Part shown: positions 1-14,120 of the stretch, one piece after another
How the letters are laid out: each line of letters opens with the position of its first letter
How positions within the stretch are numbered: position 1 is the stretch's first letter
NCBI RefSeq assembly: GCF_006345805.1
Contig: NC_042998.1
Coordinates: 110,980,001 to 111,044,000 of the forward strand
Origin: Octopus sinensis
Taxonomy: Eukaryota
Direction of reading: 5' to 3'
Length of the DNA: 64,000 nt
Notes under the pieces: model-generated
What the model was told of the DNA's origin: nothing
Seen by the model: the letters and a program-made list of their open reading frames with translations, nothing else
Databases searched by the model: none
Made by a program: the position numbers and the translations under genes

Positions 1-285
1 CTAAGTTCTTAATGGAATAAAGCGGATCTCGTGGATATGTTCATTCAAGAGATCTTCATTGAACTGAATATGTCGCCCGAAAAGCAAAGTATCTCTGATT
101 TGGAATTTCCCCTCCCTGAAGCGCGAAAATCATTTGTGTGTAGTTCATTCAGTAACAGTGCCTTCACCGTGCACACCGCAAGTATTTGAGGGGTTCTTAC
201 AGCTTTTGAGCCTTGATTGAAAGCGTCGTATGTCTGAAAAGCGGAAAAGAATTATCCAAATTTCCCTTTGTAGCAGAAAATTAGA
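1..285 (-). mobile_element. Mariner (Tc1/mariner) transposase fossil, N-terminal HTH region; cut by the window edge
   Basis: Manual minus-strand translation across frameshifts gives FNQGSKA..CGVHGEGTVTE*TTHK*FSRFREGKFQIRDT..GRHIQFNEDLLNEHIHE. This matches the mariner HTH pattern (FNQG..A..IC.VYGEG.V.ER....WF.RFR.G.F.L.D..RSGRP..F.ED.L..LI.EDP). In-frame stops are present. Confidence 0.8.
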
Positions 286-305
286 AATACAGAAAATCAT
301 AAAGT

Positions 306-579
306 GGCCATGCTGGAGCACCGCCTTTAGTCGAGCAAATCGACCCCAGGACTTATTCTTTGTAAGCCTAGTACTTATTCTATCGCTCTCTCTTGCCGAA
401 CCACTAAGTTACGAGGACATAAACACACCAGCATTGGTTGTCAAGCGATGTTGGTGGGGGAACAAACACAGACACACAAACCTATACATATACAGTTTCC
501 GTCTGCCAAATCCACTCTCAAGCCTTTGGTCGGCCCGAGGTTATAGTAGAAGACACTTGCTCAAAGTGCCACGCAGTGG
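306..579 (-). mobile_element. SINE family A copy lacking its tRNA head
   Basis: Clear similarity to the full copies at 46925-47340 and 62327-62760 (shared ccatgctggagcaccgcctttagtcgagcaaatcgacc and gtttccgtct.ccaaatcc..tc..aag.c.ttggtc). Confidence 0.85.
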
Positions 580-588
580 CATACATAC

Positions 589-643
<55 letters not shown>

Positions 644-849
644 CGTACACACATATATACGCACACAAGCGCACACACGCGCACACACGCACATATATAC
701 CCCGGTAAGTGCCTTCATGAAATTATAGTTTACTGTGCTAAAGAGTCACGTCACAAAGTGTTCTATCGGTCTCACTGGGAACTCATGTAAATCCACCTTC
801 ATGCATGACGAAAAGAATATGCAACAACTGATTCGAAATTCCTTTCGAT

Positions 850-1300
850 TATACATACACATTCATCAACAACTTCAATAATAAATTGTTTGTTACAAAA
901 TCTGCCCCTGTTCATATTTACGATAACACGAATTTAACATCCTCACACATCAATACAGATTATTAAATTACGAATCAGATTTCATCTCCTTACTCTCCGA
1001 TCAAAGAACTCCCTTCAAGATTCGTCAAACTGCAAGCTGAATATTACTGTGCCTTGCTTCTAATGATCCCTGGATATGTTCAAATGTCTAACATTTGCAC
1101 CTACTCCTTACCTCCTTGCAGGCTAGTCCCTTCTATCTTCTCTGGCCCCTGCTCCCAAACATGCTCTATATCCCACGTTACAAGTTTCAACCTTTGCATG
1201 TTTTGTATACTGTACTCCAACTGTTCGCTAAGACCACGCTTCTTCAATTTTGCATTCCAGTTTAGACATTGCCTTCTTTACACTGTTATCTGGTATAGCA
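850..1300 (+). mobile_element. Possible highly degenerate Penelope-like GIY-YIG region
   Basis: Only faint peptide echoes (RSKNSLQD, PCF, CILYSNC) with many stops. Confidence 0.3.
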
Positions 1301-1878
1301 ATTTTTACTATTTTATTCGACAAATTATACTCCAGCATTGGACTCCCCTTATGCAACAAAACTATCGATCATGCAACCGACAGAGAGATAATTGTTCATG
1401 CCCTGGTCAATTAAATATTGCATAGCATTCACTAAATTTAAATCTTAATTCTATAATTAACTTCATTATCATTCATCAATATTTTTACACGCGACAAGGT
1501 GTGCACGTATGCGTTTGCACCTGTATACTTTTATCGAAGAATGCATGTTCACTAGTGTATTTGCGCGTTTATATACACTAACAGATGTGTATACCTAAGG
1601 ATATATATATATATATGTATATATATAATGTGTGTGAATGCATATATATATATATATATATATATGAATATTTCATTTCGTCGTATGTATGCATATGTAG
1701 AAATTCATAGAAGCTGAATTCTACCCTGCATGCGCCTAATCATATACATATATATGTTTATATATATATATACATATATATATATGTAGTTGGAGTTTGT
1801 AGGCAAACAAAAGACGAAGAGAGGTGTATGAGCAACAAGCAAGTGTATTAGTTTGACGCTCGGGAAAATGAAAAGGTT

Positions 1879-1922
1879 CTTTTACGATTCGAGTCTTTTA
1901 CGTTACGCTCTTCAACAGAAAG
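1879..1922 (-). ncRNA. Degenerate type I hammerhead motif in a PLE terminal-repeat fragment (about 1800-1985)
   Basis: Minus strand reads CTTT-CTGTTGA-A-GAGC-(gtaacgtaaaaga)-CTC-GAAT-CG-TA-AAAG. It is homologous to 15547-15582; GAAA is changed to GAAT. Confidence 0.55.
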
Positions 1923-1989
1923 GAATAAGAGAAAATAAACAGGAAGAGAATGAAAAACACTTGTATATTTCAGCGGTCAAATATGTGTG

Positions 1990-2119
1990 TGTACAATATA
2001 TAATATAATATAATATATTATAATATGATATAATATAATATAATATAATAATATAATATAATATAATATAATATAATATAATATAATAATATATATATAT
2101 ATATATATACACATATACT

Positions 2120-2183
<64 letters not shown>

Positions 2184-2256
2184 CATAGATAGATACATAG
2201 ATACATACATAGATACATACATACATACGTACATACATAAATACATACATACATGC

Positions 2257-2287
<31 letters not shown>

Positions 2288-2290
2288 GAA
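1990..2290. repeat. Compound microsatellite (ATAAT)n/(TA)n/(GATA)n/(CATA)n
   Basis: Directly visible; explains the YLSI/YYII ORFs. Confidence 0.95.
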
Positions 2291-3699
2291 AATATGTGAT
2301 TGCATGTATGAGCATTGTGCATGTGTGTAAGTATAAGTATATAAACCACGCGCACACATATATGTGCAGTTACTAATACGCATTTTAGTGAGAACGGGAG
2401 ACGCAAATTTGCTCTTGGATACGCGCGTTTTGACATATAAGTATAAAGACTCAATATGCAACTATACTTACATATATCTATGTGTGAGTCGGTGATATGA
2501 TAGTTTGTACAAGGGCAATTAAATGACAAAACATTAGTTTTGTAAACCAGCATGAAGCAATGTCTTGAAACAATCGGCGCCTAAACGAATGATTAATGTT
2601 ATGATGGAAATTCTGTTTCGTTTTGGTGCAGAATAATTGCAAGTAACTCTCAGTTAGGAACAGTGAATTATTGAGAATCCTTTTAAGCAACATGAAAAAT
2701 AGAGGTGTCATTCTGTCAGCTCCCGTGGAAGTTTGAAGAATGGCCTCATAAAATTTCATGAAGTAGATATACATTTGTCATAATGTTATCAGTGTTAGAC
2801 AATAAAATCACGGGAAATCATGGCTTACATTATTAAATAAATCAACTTTGGGTGTAACACCTATTCTTTACTAAGCAATTTATTCACATATTTTCCTTTT
2901 CTAACGACATTTTCATATTCACTAAGAATATCTAAAATGCCCCGACGTAAACCAAAATACAATACAGAACCGAGTGAAAGTTGCCGTAGATATTATTGAT
3001 AGCAAGTGCCTTTCAATGTCTATTTAACTGTTGGAAACCGCAACAAATTACTGATAGAAATTGTTGCCTATAACCAAGCTGGAATATTTTATAACATATA
3101 ATTTAATACAGACTGAAATTTCATATTATGACAATATTAGTTATTGACATATTACATTCACTTAAAAGAAGTGAATATTATTGATCATTAACTTGAAAAT
3201 GTTTGTAGTTTAAGATGTGTCAGCTAAGGATATTCATAATATATATTCAAGATCATCTGTTTACTCTTATTTGGTGCCCTATTTTACAGGTGTATCTAAA
3301 TATGAATAGTACAGTGATATTCTATTTGATCACCTGGCCTGCGAAAGTAACAGTGAAAGATCTAAATCGCTACCTCTCATCTTAGATAAGATTAAATAAG
3401 AAACATTAAATAATTTAGAATGAAATTCATAAAAAGAATTGATGCACACTGCTGGAATTCTTTCTTGTCAGGGATCCGTCCGATCTCGTTTCAATCGAGG
3501 CCAATACAAACAGTTTCAACAAATCCTAATGAACTGCCGTCAAGAACATGTAAATAAAACACTATAACGCTTACTGTTTTAATCACTGATTCCAGTGAGA
3601 GGAATGCTGCCACGGTGGGGTACCACTGTCAAGATCTTGTTCAGTCACATCGACTGCAGCACTCATTCCATATTCATGCATATCTTATCGATATATATA

Positions 3700-4150
3700 G
3701 CCTGTTAACAGGAGCATGTTAATAGTATAAAACAAAAAAACCCTACCAAGAAAGAAGCGCTCAATGTCGAGGAGAAATGAGTCGGATAATATGGCAAGGG
3801 TGTAGAAGATGAGGCATAGTGTTGGGTCTTGGACTGAATGAGGGGAGGATTAAAACAGTAGATATTGTGAGTCACAGAAAGTGACAGGTGCACGATGGAT
3901 GTTTGTGTTCTTGAAGATGTGGTATAGGGACGGAAAGTGGTGAAAATAGGGAAGAAATGTGTGTATAGGAGGTGGAGTTGCAATGTGCGGTGTCTGTTGA
4001 AGATGTCTGATGGAAAAGTGAAAGGATCTGTGAGAATGAATGAAGGTGAGGATTTGGGGGGAAAATCTTACAAATAGCGGATAAAATAGACAAATTCATG
4101 GTAATACTGAACTGGGAAGAGTGGTGTCGCAGATGGTGCATATAAGAAGA
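3700..4150 (-). mobile_element. Possible degenerate Penelope-like fragment (region before and into GIY-YIG)
   Basis: Same purine-rich plus-strand composition as 16100-17300. Peptide echoes STDTAH and THNIYC resemble PLE linker and GIY-YIG strand motifs. Confidence 0.35.
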
Positions 4151-5349
4151 CAGGAGTCTGAAGTGTTTATGTTGACCAACTAGATTTCTAACATGCGCTC
4201 CAAGCGGGATAATATTAGATAAAAGTATAATATTTTAATACACTATTTCAGTTATCTTGTTACTAACTTGTGATTGCATTTCTTTAAATAGTTTTACAAA
4301 CTCTTTACGCGTGGTCAAACTCCTTGATTAGACAATAATTCTTATTGCTTAAAGTCCTAAACAATGCTCTGCCATGACCACTAAACCATACTTCAAATGT
4401 CCAGTGAATTTTAAAGCCAATCATCATATTTAGTCTTAATATAACAGGCCTAGAGAAATAAATCAACCTGGCGAGGCCTTTCCATATTTTCACAAATTCA
4501 CTATTTCCCACGATCATGATTTCACCTTTATATTATGTTTTCAAAGTAGAATTTCCAAGAAGTTATTACTTGAAGGCACTAGAATTTTCTGCACTGGTAA
4601 ATGAGGAAAGTAAAACGAAAGGAAGAAAAGCCAATGTTTTAGAAGAAAAACGTACATATACATTATTTAAAAGGCATAGCGAGAGAAATTAAATTAAATA
4701 TATTCAATCAGAAAAAGAAATTTTATTAACTTATTTATAGAGAGTGAAGCTAACTTCCCAATTTTCAGAGCTTACCCTCGTTGTGTATTGAATAATTTGG
4801 TTGTTAGTCTAATATGTTATTGAAAGTAAACGTTATATATCCTTACTCCATTAGGCAAATATTAGACGTACAGTAATACTGCTACGAAATTAAGCAAGAA
4901 ATCCTATTATTTAGGCTACAATAACTGTGAAATATATTCCTAACTTCCTATATGACATTTCGAATCAATAAATGACACAATATAATTTTAAGATGTCTAG
5001 AATGTCATGATTTGTATTTAAATAAATTTACAAAGCGAAATAAAGTTCTTAATTTGGAAATTTTCGCTAATTGAAGGTGGAATACATTTATTTCAGAAGG
5101 GAAACAAAAGGTATCTTGAAAAATATACATATCTAGAAAAGTTGCAAAAAATTGACTCAAACAGGTAGATATGACGGTTTTGGGCGAGACCTTTGCTTCT
5201 GAATTGCGTGGTTCTCTCATTAAAACCAAAGACAGAAGAATGAAATACTAGTTAATAGATGCGACCTGTGCAGATATTATCGGTGTGCATGCATACATAC
5301 ATATGTAAACACACACAGATACACATACATAGATATACATTAATATACG

Positions 5350-5770
<421 letters not shown>

Positions 5771-6332
5771 TATGTATTATGTATTTATGGTATATTATGT
5801 TAAGAACATAGTAGAGTACAGTATAAAACTCGTCCACCTTCAGATTTCCCTGTGCTATTGAGTAGTGTTATCTGTCGTGAGTGAATAGGTATTTCAAAAA
5901 ATTTGGAGTCAACAAGAATAAGTACGGTTGGACATTTCTTTTTTAATAATCATATCAGGCGATATGTAAATATTGTCTCCGTAATTTCACATTCTCTGCT
6001 TCAAGTACATCCTCTCTATCTGTCGTGGCCTGAATTTACAACTAGTCACTGATTTTATCACGATGTGTAATTGCTGAAGGACCATTGGGAAACTGCTTTG
6101 AATGTGTAGATGTAATGGTATGGTGATTCTGCTGCTGGTAAAGTGATTGACGTTTTAAAGGGAATGGCATTTGATTTCTTTGTACTGATGGTTTAGTCTT
6201 CATGGTTAGTCAGACCTGCGGTTGTCTTTAACTGACCTTTACGAATCGGTATTTATGCACATATAAGTGGTCGTTCAGATATACATCCTTATATGTACTA
6301 ACGCACGGGCATGCACACAGACACACACGCAC

Positions 6333-6388
<56 letters not shown>

Positions 6389-6520
6389 ATACGTGCATAT
6401 ATGGGTACAGGACATCACAAACAGTGCAAGTAACATGAAATACGTAAACAAACGAGTTAGATACGTAAAAAAATGAAAACAATGGTCACAATTTGAAAGA
6501 ATCACGTCGTATATATATAT

Positions 6521-6676
6521 ATACACAAAATTTAAAGGACTGATCACTAAAAATGGACGGTCAAGATGATAGTTTTTTCTTGAGAACACGTTCTTCGTGG
6601 AAAATAGCGATTTTGACGTCTATATCTAGCATGTTGACCGTCCACTTTTAGTGGTCAGTCCTTTAAATATTGTATG
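6521..6676. mobile_element. Small MITE with about 46-bp terminal inverted repeats and TA flanks
   Basis: Left end acacaaaatttaaaggactgatcactaaaaatggacggtcaagatg versus reverse complement of right end atacaatatttaaaggactgaccactaaaagtggacggtcaacatg, with about 5 mismatches. Confidence 0.75.
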
Positions 6677-6790
6677 TAAAAAATATTTTACTCTTCGGAT
6701 TTTTTTAATATGCTAGGCCACTGGTTTTAATTGATTAATATCGATTTCTACACTTATTCGATTTTATATATATATATATATATATATGAA

Positions 6791-6900
6791 CAGTGTACCC
6801 CCGCTTATTCGCGGTTCATAATTGTTCGCGGAAACAACCGCATATTCGCGGAATCGTAAATATCCTCCGCGATTTGTTATGCCTTTTTTCGTGGCGATAT
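6791..6900 (+). mobile_element. Possible pogo/Tigger-like terminal fragment (second copy at 7972)
   Basis: Begins CAGTGTACCCCCGCTTATTCGCGGTT, resembling Tigger-type CAG termini, with repeated ttcgcgg motifs. No partner TIR was found. Confidence 0.35.
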
Positions 6901-7584
6901 ATACTTTTTCAAACTTTTTAAGGCTAAATTATTAATAATAATAATATACCGTGTTTGCCCCTACGCAGCTGAAGGTCGCTCTGATTAGAATAGCCGCGCT
7001 TCACGTCCCTTGATTTTTTATTCATACAAGTACACTGTATCTTGTATCTCTTATTCCTGCTTTCAATTAAAGCTTGCAAATTAATTTAGCGACATCAATC
7101 TATATTGCACATATACACGCAATTTTAAAAAAATAATCGCTATATTTGATCATAAACTATATTTATATCAACAGGAAAATTCTTAAGGTAGTGAGCCAAT
7201 ATAACTTAATTGAAATTAGGTTACTTGTTGGTCTCCTCCCTCACACCCCGCTCTCTCTATCTCTCCCTCTCTTATTATTATAGTATAGATTACTATATCC
7301 AGTGGTAATACAAACTAAATTTTTCTAAACCACGATTATTTTTAATCTTTGCTCAATTTTCCATTAGAGATATGCGCATATTAGATGCAATGAAGTCTTT
7401 ATGTAGGTTTTCTTTTGGAAAACCTGCGTCCAGTAGCTATCACCAGTATTTTGTTGAGTGCTGTGTTTTTCGCAGCGTGTTATTAAAACTCTAAGATGCC
7501 GTCCAAACCTCCTACACATTCTAATATCGAGGTATCTTTCATTATTTTGTAGTCTAACCATTTTTATCAATTTATATATAAAAT

Positions 7585-7946
7585 AGAAAATGGGATAAGA
7601 ACGCAAAACATCCTGGTAGGTGATACAAAAAAGCGACAACAAAACATCCAAATAGACGATACAAAGTAAACAAGATCGGGTCATTCGGAGTTATCTTTCC
7701 TCATTGGAGTTCCAGATTATCTTCGCAATTTTGGCTGGTTATACTCGAGATTGCTGTAATCTGGCCAGCCCCAAGGAAAAACTAAGCTAACAGCATTAGA
7801 TTCCTTGGAAGAAAGCAGCGAATGTATACAAAAACAAGGACAGAAAAAACGGACAATATTACGCAAATACAATAAAAATAATAACAGGACATAACAGGTG
7901 TGTTTCAACTAGGGACTAAATTGAGCGTGTGTGGAAATGAAGCCTT
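7585..7946 (-). repeat. Interspersed repeat family B, diverged copy (duplicated at 8766-9127)
   Basis: Reverse complement matches aatctaatgct..tagcttagtttttccttgg..ctggcc and cagcc.aaattgcga in the copies at 30290-31000 and 49741-50773. Confidence 0.75.
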
Positions 7947-9126
7947 ATATATATATATATATATATATGAACAGTGTACCCCCGCTTATTCGCGGTTCAT
8001 AATTGTTCGCGGAAACAACCGCATATTCGCGGAATCGTAAATATCCTCCGCGATTTGTTATGCCTTTTTTCGTGGCGATATATACTTTTTCAAACTTTTT
8101 AAGGCTAAATTATTAATAATAATAATATACCGTGTTTGCCCCTACGCAGCTGAAGGTCGCTCTGATTAGAATAGCCGCGCTTCACGTCCCTTGATTTTTT
8201 ATTCATACAAGTACACTGTATCTTGTATCTCTTATTCCTGCTTTCAATTAAAGCTTGCAAATTAATTTAGCGACATCAATCTATATTGCACATATACACG
8301 CAATTTTAAAAAAATAATCGCTATATTTGATCATAAACTATATTTATATCAACAGGAAAATTCTTAAGGTAGTGAGCCAATATAACTTAATTGAAATTAG
8401 GTTACTTGTTGGTCTCCTCCCTCACACCCCGCTCTCTCTATCTCTCCCTCTCTTATTATTATAGTATAGATTACTATATCCAGTGGTAATACAAACTAAA
8501 TTTTTCTAAACCACGATTATTTTTAATCTTTGCTCAATTTTCCATTAGAGATATGCGCATATTAGATGCAATGAAGTCTTTATGTAGGTTTTCTTTTGGA
8601 AAACCTGCGTCCAGTAGCTATCACCAGTATTTTGTTGAGTGCTGTGTTTTTCGCAGCGTGTTATTAAAACTCTAAGATGCCGTCCAAACCTCCTACACAT
8701 TCTAATATCGAGGTATCTTTCATTATTTTGTAGTCTAACCATTTTTATCAATTTATATATAAAATAGAAAATGGGATAAGAACGCAAAACATCCTGGTAG
8801 GTGATACAAAAAAGCGACAACAAAACATCCAAATAGACGATACAAAGTAAACAAGATCGGGTCATTCGGAGTTATCTTTCCTCATTGGAGTTCCAGATTA
8901 TCTTCGCAATTTTGGCTGGTTATACTCGAGATTGCTGTAATCTGGCCAGCCCCAAGGAAAAACTAAGCTAACAGCATTAGATTCCTTGGAAGAAAGCAGC
9001 GAATGTATACAAAAACAAGGACAGAAAAAACGGACAATATTACGCAAATACAATAAAAATAATAACAGGACATAACAGGTGTGTTTCAACTAGGGACTAA
9101 ATTGAGCGTGTGTGGAAATGAAGCCT

Positions 9127-9160
<34 letters not shown>

Positions 9161-9489
9161 ATATAAACACACACATATAGGGTGGTGGCTGGTGTTTTTT
9201 CTGTAAATGTACATTTATATTCATCCAGTTCAATTTAGGCCTTAAATTGCGTGACAAACAACCAGTATTTGGAATTCTACGTGTATTTCCGTTTCTGTAT
9301 CGTAATTTTGTCTCTTATAATGTAATCCATGCTTGAATATAAAACAAAGTGTATGTCGAAAATAAAGCAAATCATGAGAGACCGTTTACGAGGCAAACAC
9401 TCATGTTTAGTTTTGTTTTAAATATATATTTCTATATACGTGTATGTTTGTGTGTGTCTTTGTCTCTTTAATATCTCCCACACTACCGC

Positions 9490-9600
9490 TCGGTGGTAAG
9501 AAGTTTACTTCCCAACCACATATTTCAAGTGCAAGCCCACTGCACGCCACCTTCTACTATAGCCACGGGATAACCAAAGTCATGTGAGCCGAATTAGATG
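9490..9600 (+). mobile_element. SINE family A, degenerate 5' fragment
   Basis: ggtaagaag..cttcccaaccacat..cccactgc..cttctactatagcc..accaaag matches the family A head. Confidence 0.6.
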
Positions 9601-11659
9601 TGGTGGAAGAAAAAGATTGAGAACCACTACTTCAGGTAAGTCAAAACTACAATGTCTATAGTATTTGATAATTTTACTGACAGTTTTAGCTACTGAAATG
9701 GATAAAGTTAAAAGTACATTCATTATAGATAAAGAAAATACTTGAAGTGTATTTGAAGTGAACCTAACGACATACACTAATGTCTCACAAATATGGCTTC
9801 CTCTACATATAAAAGATGTATATGTATGCATTATACTATCTCATTTTGACCAACAGAGGCAAAAGTATACTGCTTTATTTTGCTAATTTTATTGATGCTT
9901 CGTTTAAAGGTAGTAGTAAGAAAACATTATTATCACAAAGACAGAGAAGTAGTTTTATTTCTTCAAACTACAGTATATAAACAAATCTTCGAGATATAAC
10001 AAGGTAAAACATTGAGATACAGGCTTTCACTTTTCGTGATATTTATGACTCTCTTCAGGGAATAGGTGTGATATTTGTTTTGTTGCTTATCATGTATTAA
10101 TATTTTACTTTTTCATATTTACTCTTTTACTCTTTTTTTATGCAGATTTTGTATCACTTTCCTTGTTTTTATATATCTTTTTGTTTCCTTCTACCTTTTG
10201 CTAACATCACCCTTACGTCTTAAACATTTCAAGGTGAATAAATTTGTCTAGGTTTCTGACTTTATCTCTAAAACAGGCACAATTATTTTATGTAGTTCTT
10301 ATTTTAATGTAAGTTCTTGAGTTATCTTAAGTTTTCTCTTAATTCGTTCACAGTCAAACAATGTTTCTTATCTAAGACTTGATCACAGATGCACAGTGAA
10401 CGTATAATTTCTTCACTTTATTAATTTCTGTTAAAGAACATGGCTAATATCATATTTGGGCATACTAGATCACAGTCTCCAGAGGTGAACATTCTTTGTC
10501 ATTTGTACCTCTGTGTTTAATTTCATGTGCTCGATAATTTTTCAGTTTTCGTAACATCTCTAGTTGAGGAATCAACGAATTGATGGAGGCAACTATGTTT
10601 TGTTGTCGACATTTGCCGATGATTGATCTGTTATTTAGAAAATACCTACATCTAAATAATATTGTTAATTTAAGAGGAAACTTTGATTATGTCCCATACA
10701 CTTTATGTGAGTCACTTGTACATTTATAGGCCTTTTAACATCAAAATTCAATTCTGTAGATTTTGTTATGTGTTACTCACGGGAAGTGCCGTAATCCTTC
10801 TTCATATTTCATTTCTGTAATCTCTTTTTTGTGTCGTTTAAAGCTTTAACAAGCGTATTTCTGACAAAATGTTTCAGAATACCCTTTAAAATCCTTACAT
10901 ACTCCTTTCAAGCGGGTTTCATAGTATAGATACGTAGAGTATAAATAGGTATTCTTAGTAATTCAAGTATCTGCAATTACTTATTTGTGTATTCACATAT
11001 GTTTTTGTGAACGCTTAAGCAATCATTATACTGTGGAGATAGTTCCTGAGATGTTGGGAGCAATGAAGTTGCGAATGGCAATGAATACTTTCTAAAATGA
11101 GATGTCGAAATTATGAAAATTATTATAAGATCTCACATGACAAATTTCACTGTACACAGGAATGAGACCAAAATAACCAGCAGTCGGGTGTGGTGCATCA
11201 TTCAAAAGCTACAACAAAGAACAATGTAACGAAGTACAGTGTAACTAGCAGTGTATGACAATATTTGATACGCTGATCGATAAAGTGATACGGTGATATA
11301 CATATAAAGATATATATTTGCGTATGTGTGTGTGTGTGTGTATTTAAATGTTTCTTTTGTCATTGTTCTACCTTTGCCGTGTAACCCCATAACTGAATCT
11401 CCTTTTTTCTTTCTCTTTTTCTTCCTATAACGTTTTCTCCTTAACCCTTTCCTCACTTTTTTATAGACATATCTTTGCTCATGGCCTCACATTTCTGCCT
11501 CTTCTCTGTATTCATCTTTGATAACTCTGGTCTACAAAGTTTTTGATGTTTATGAAATAGACATCGTTCCTATACAAAATCTGTCTCCTGAACCCAAATA
11601 TAACATTCTTTTTGATCTGTCAGATCTACATTCTAAGTTATTGAACATCCCTATAATCA

Positions 11660-13633
11660 CTATGTACGTGTGTACGTCCAGTACGCAGTGTTCGTTACCC
11701 TATTCTAATTCTACGTTTTTTTCCTTTTCGATACTATTTAGATGTTGTGGATAACTAAGCAATAGAAAATGAGCAAGATGTCCTCTTCAAGTAAGTGTTG
11801 CGTTAATTCACCAAATGTGTTTTGTTATGTGGAGAATACACATTAGCTGAAAATCGGAAAAAAACATCACTGATGTTGTGAAAGAGCGTATATGGCATAT
11901 TTTGGGGTTAAGCTGGGAGACCAAGATAAAAATTGGGCATCGCATAGCGTCTGCAAACAATGTACAGAACATTTGCGATAATAGACTAAAGGGACAAGAA
12001 AAAGTATGAGGATTGCTATACCAATGGTTTTGCGGGAGCTCTATAATTACGTGGACGACTGCTATTTTTGTAACCTAAATTTGAAGGTCATTAACCGGAA
12101 AAATCAAGAAACGGTTGTCTATCCTAATCTTACCTCTGCTATTAAGCTGGTTCCACACAGTGAAGTGTTTTATGTTATTGTCTTCAGTGTCTTGCCTCAA
12201 ATAACTTTATCCTCAACCAAAGAAGATTCATCACCTGAAGTTAACACTAAAAATCAAGACTTTTCAGTTCAGAATTTACCTCAGTTATTCTCTCACGTAG
12301 AGCTGAATGATCTACTTAGTGACTTGAATTCCCCCCAAAATTTTGCTAAACTGTTGGTTTCCCGAGAACAATCTTCTAGAGAATGGTGTCTGTATAACCT
12401 TTTATTGGAGTCGGCTTGAAGAGTTCCTTTCTTTCTTCACAAAAGAGAAAAACCTGGTTTACTGCAGAGATGTCAGTGAGTTCTTAATAAACTTGACATT
12501 GAGGAATACAAACCAGAGGGATGACGTCCTTTCATAGATAGTTCTAAGCGTAGTTTAAAATGTGCATTGTTGCACAACGGAAATATGTATGGTTCTTTCT
12601 CATTTGCCTACTTAACAACTCTGAAAGAAAAATATGAAGAAATTAAATTGGTTTTAGAGAAGATACTGAATCATGATCATAAATGGGTCACCTCCGTTGA
12701 CTTAAAGATGGGAAATTTTCTCATCGGACACCTATCTGGTTATACCAAATACCCATGCTTTCGTTGTATGTGGAACAGTAGAAGCAGAGTAAACCACTAT
12801 TTTAAGAAAGACTGGTCGCCTCGAACTAATATGGCTCCATCTACAGCTGCCAATATATTGGAAAATAGTTGAGCGAGATAAGATCATTTTTCTCCCCTTT
12901 GTACAACAAACTCGGATTGATGAAGCAATTCGTCAAAGCTCTTGAGAAAAATGGGGAGCGCTTTAAGTATATCTGCAGTGTATTTTCAGACTTGATTGAA
13001 AAACTTAAAGGAGGAATTTTTTATGGACCACAGACCCGTAAGCTCGGGAAAACGATGAGCGGAAATGAAGCATCAGCTTGGTTAGCATTTGCAGAAGTAG
13101 TGCAAACTTTTCTTGGAAAAGACAAAAGTGAAAACTATAAAAACATTGTTACCAACATAATATCAACTTTTCATGATATTGGTGCGAATATGAGCTTCAA
13201 AATGCATGTTAGCTATGAACAAGGCAAACAGTTCCTTCAGGACATCAAGGAGATGGAAACTCGGTACCGAGGGCGTTGGGACGCTATGATGATGACAAGC
13301 TATTGCTGGTGTTTAAAACGAGATACTTCTGTTGCTCAACACCCACGGTGTACAAAGAAGTGTAAATTTATTCCTTGAATATTCTGCCAAAAATATTTAC
13401 CAATGTGCATTTTCAATACTGAATATTTATTTGTGCTTTATTTTGTCACCCTCTATTGAAACATATTATATGACTCTTGTATGAATAAAATATTGACTCT
13501 ATCAGGACTAGTCAGAAAACTAGACCTGATAGAGAAAAACCGGAGTTATTTTATAATTTAGCAGGCAAAATCACTTAAGAATTCATTGAAATATTCCAGG
13601 CACCAGACAAACAAAGTATTTTGTTGTCCAGTG
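11660..13633 (+). mobile_element. Chapaev3-like (CMC superfamily) DNA transposon with pseudogenised transposase; right terminus intact, left TIR not found
   Basis: From the ATG at 11769, across frameshifts: KCCVNSPNVFCY..AYMAYFGVKLGDQDKNWASHSVCKQC..IPMVLRE..DDCYFC; FIDSSKRSLKCALLHNGN; VDLK..SGYTKYPCFRCMW; KLGLMKQFVKAL; EQG..QDIKEMETRYRGRW..YCWCLKR. The element ends ..ccaGTG (13631-13633) followed by TAA, fitting CAC..GTG termini with a TWA target. The family name is from memory. Confidence 0.75.
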
Positions 13634-13973
13634 TAATTGTCTCCATCTTTCTCCTTTTTTTAAACTAATGCCTGTCTATTTTCATAAATATCTGGCCTAC
13701 TGCGTTTGCATTGCATTTGCCACTCATAGTGTACATAAAAACACTGAACTTTTCCAGCTTGAAGTTATTAACGCATCATACATCATGCGAGGCAATGTTT
13801 TAGCATGTTTGGTGTGCATAAATATTTCGTCATTATGTAAGCCACTTTGCATAATATGCCTAACATAAACAAGTCGCCGAATCTTTGACACAGTTGTAGA
13901 AAGTCAAACATGATTGCTTGATATCTATGATAGTTTTTCCATGCACATACACACATGGGAAAACTATTATATG

Positions 13974-14021
<48 letters not shown>

Positions 14022-14120
14022 TTTAAAATGAGTAAACACTTCAAATAAACAAATAAAAACGGACATCATGAAGTCGTGCATGATTAAAGTATTAGCTTGA
14101 CGCTCGGTGAAAGAAGAGAG

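Larger units (their letters stand above)
6769..9127. repeat. Tandem duplication of a 1181-bp block with (TA)n at all three junctions
   Basis: cagtgtacccccg occurs at 6791 and 7972, aagcctt at 7940 and 9121, and identical ORF pairs are offset by 1181. No differences were seen by eye. Confidence 0.95.

Noticed and set aside
230-790. 186-aa ORF and the many YI/CV/HT/YLSI-rich ORFs across the window
   Set aside because: Reading frames run through SINE family A and microsatellites; low complexity and no domain.
10025-10066. Minus-strand CTGAAGA..GAAA
   Set aside because: Stem II does not pair and there is no complementary stem I strand; chance motif. The same applies to CTGATGA at about 15215 and 41729 and GGGAT/ATCCC-GAAA at about 51118.
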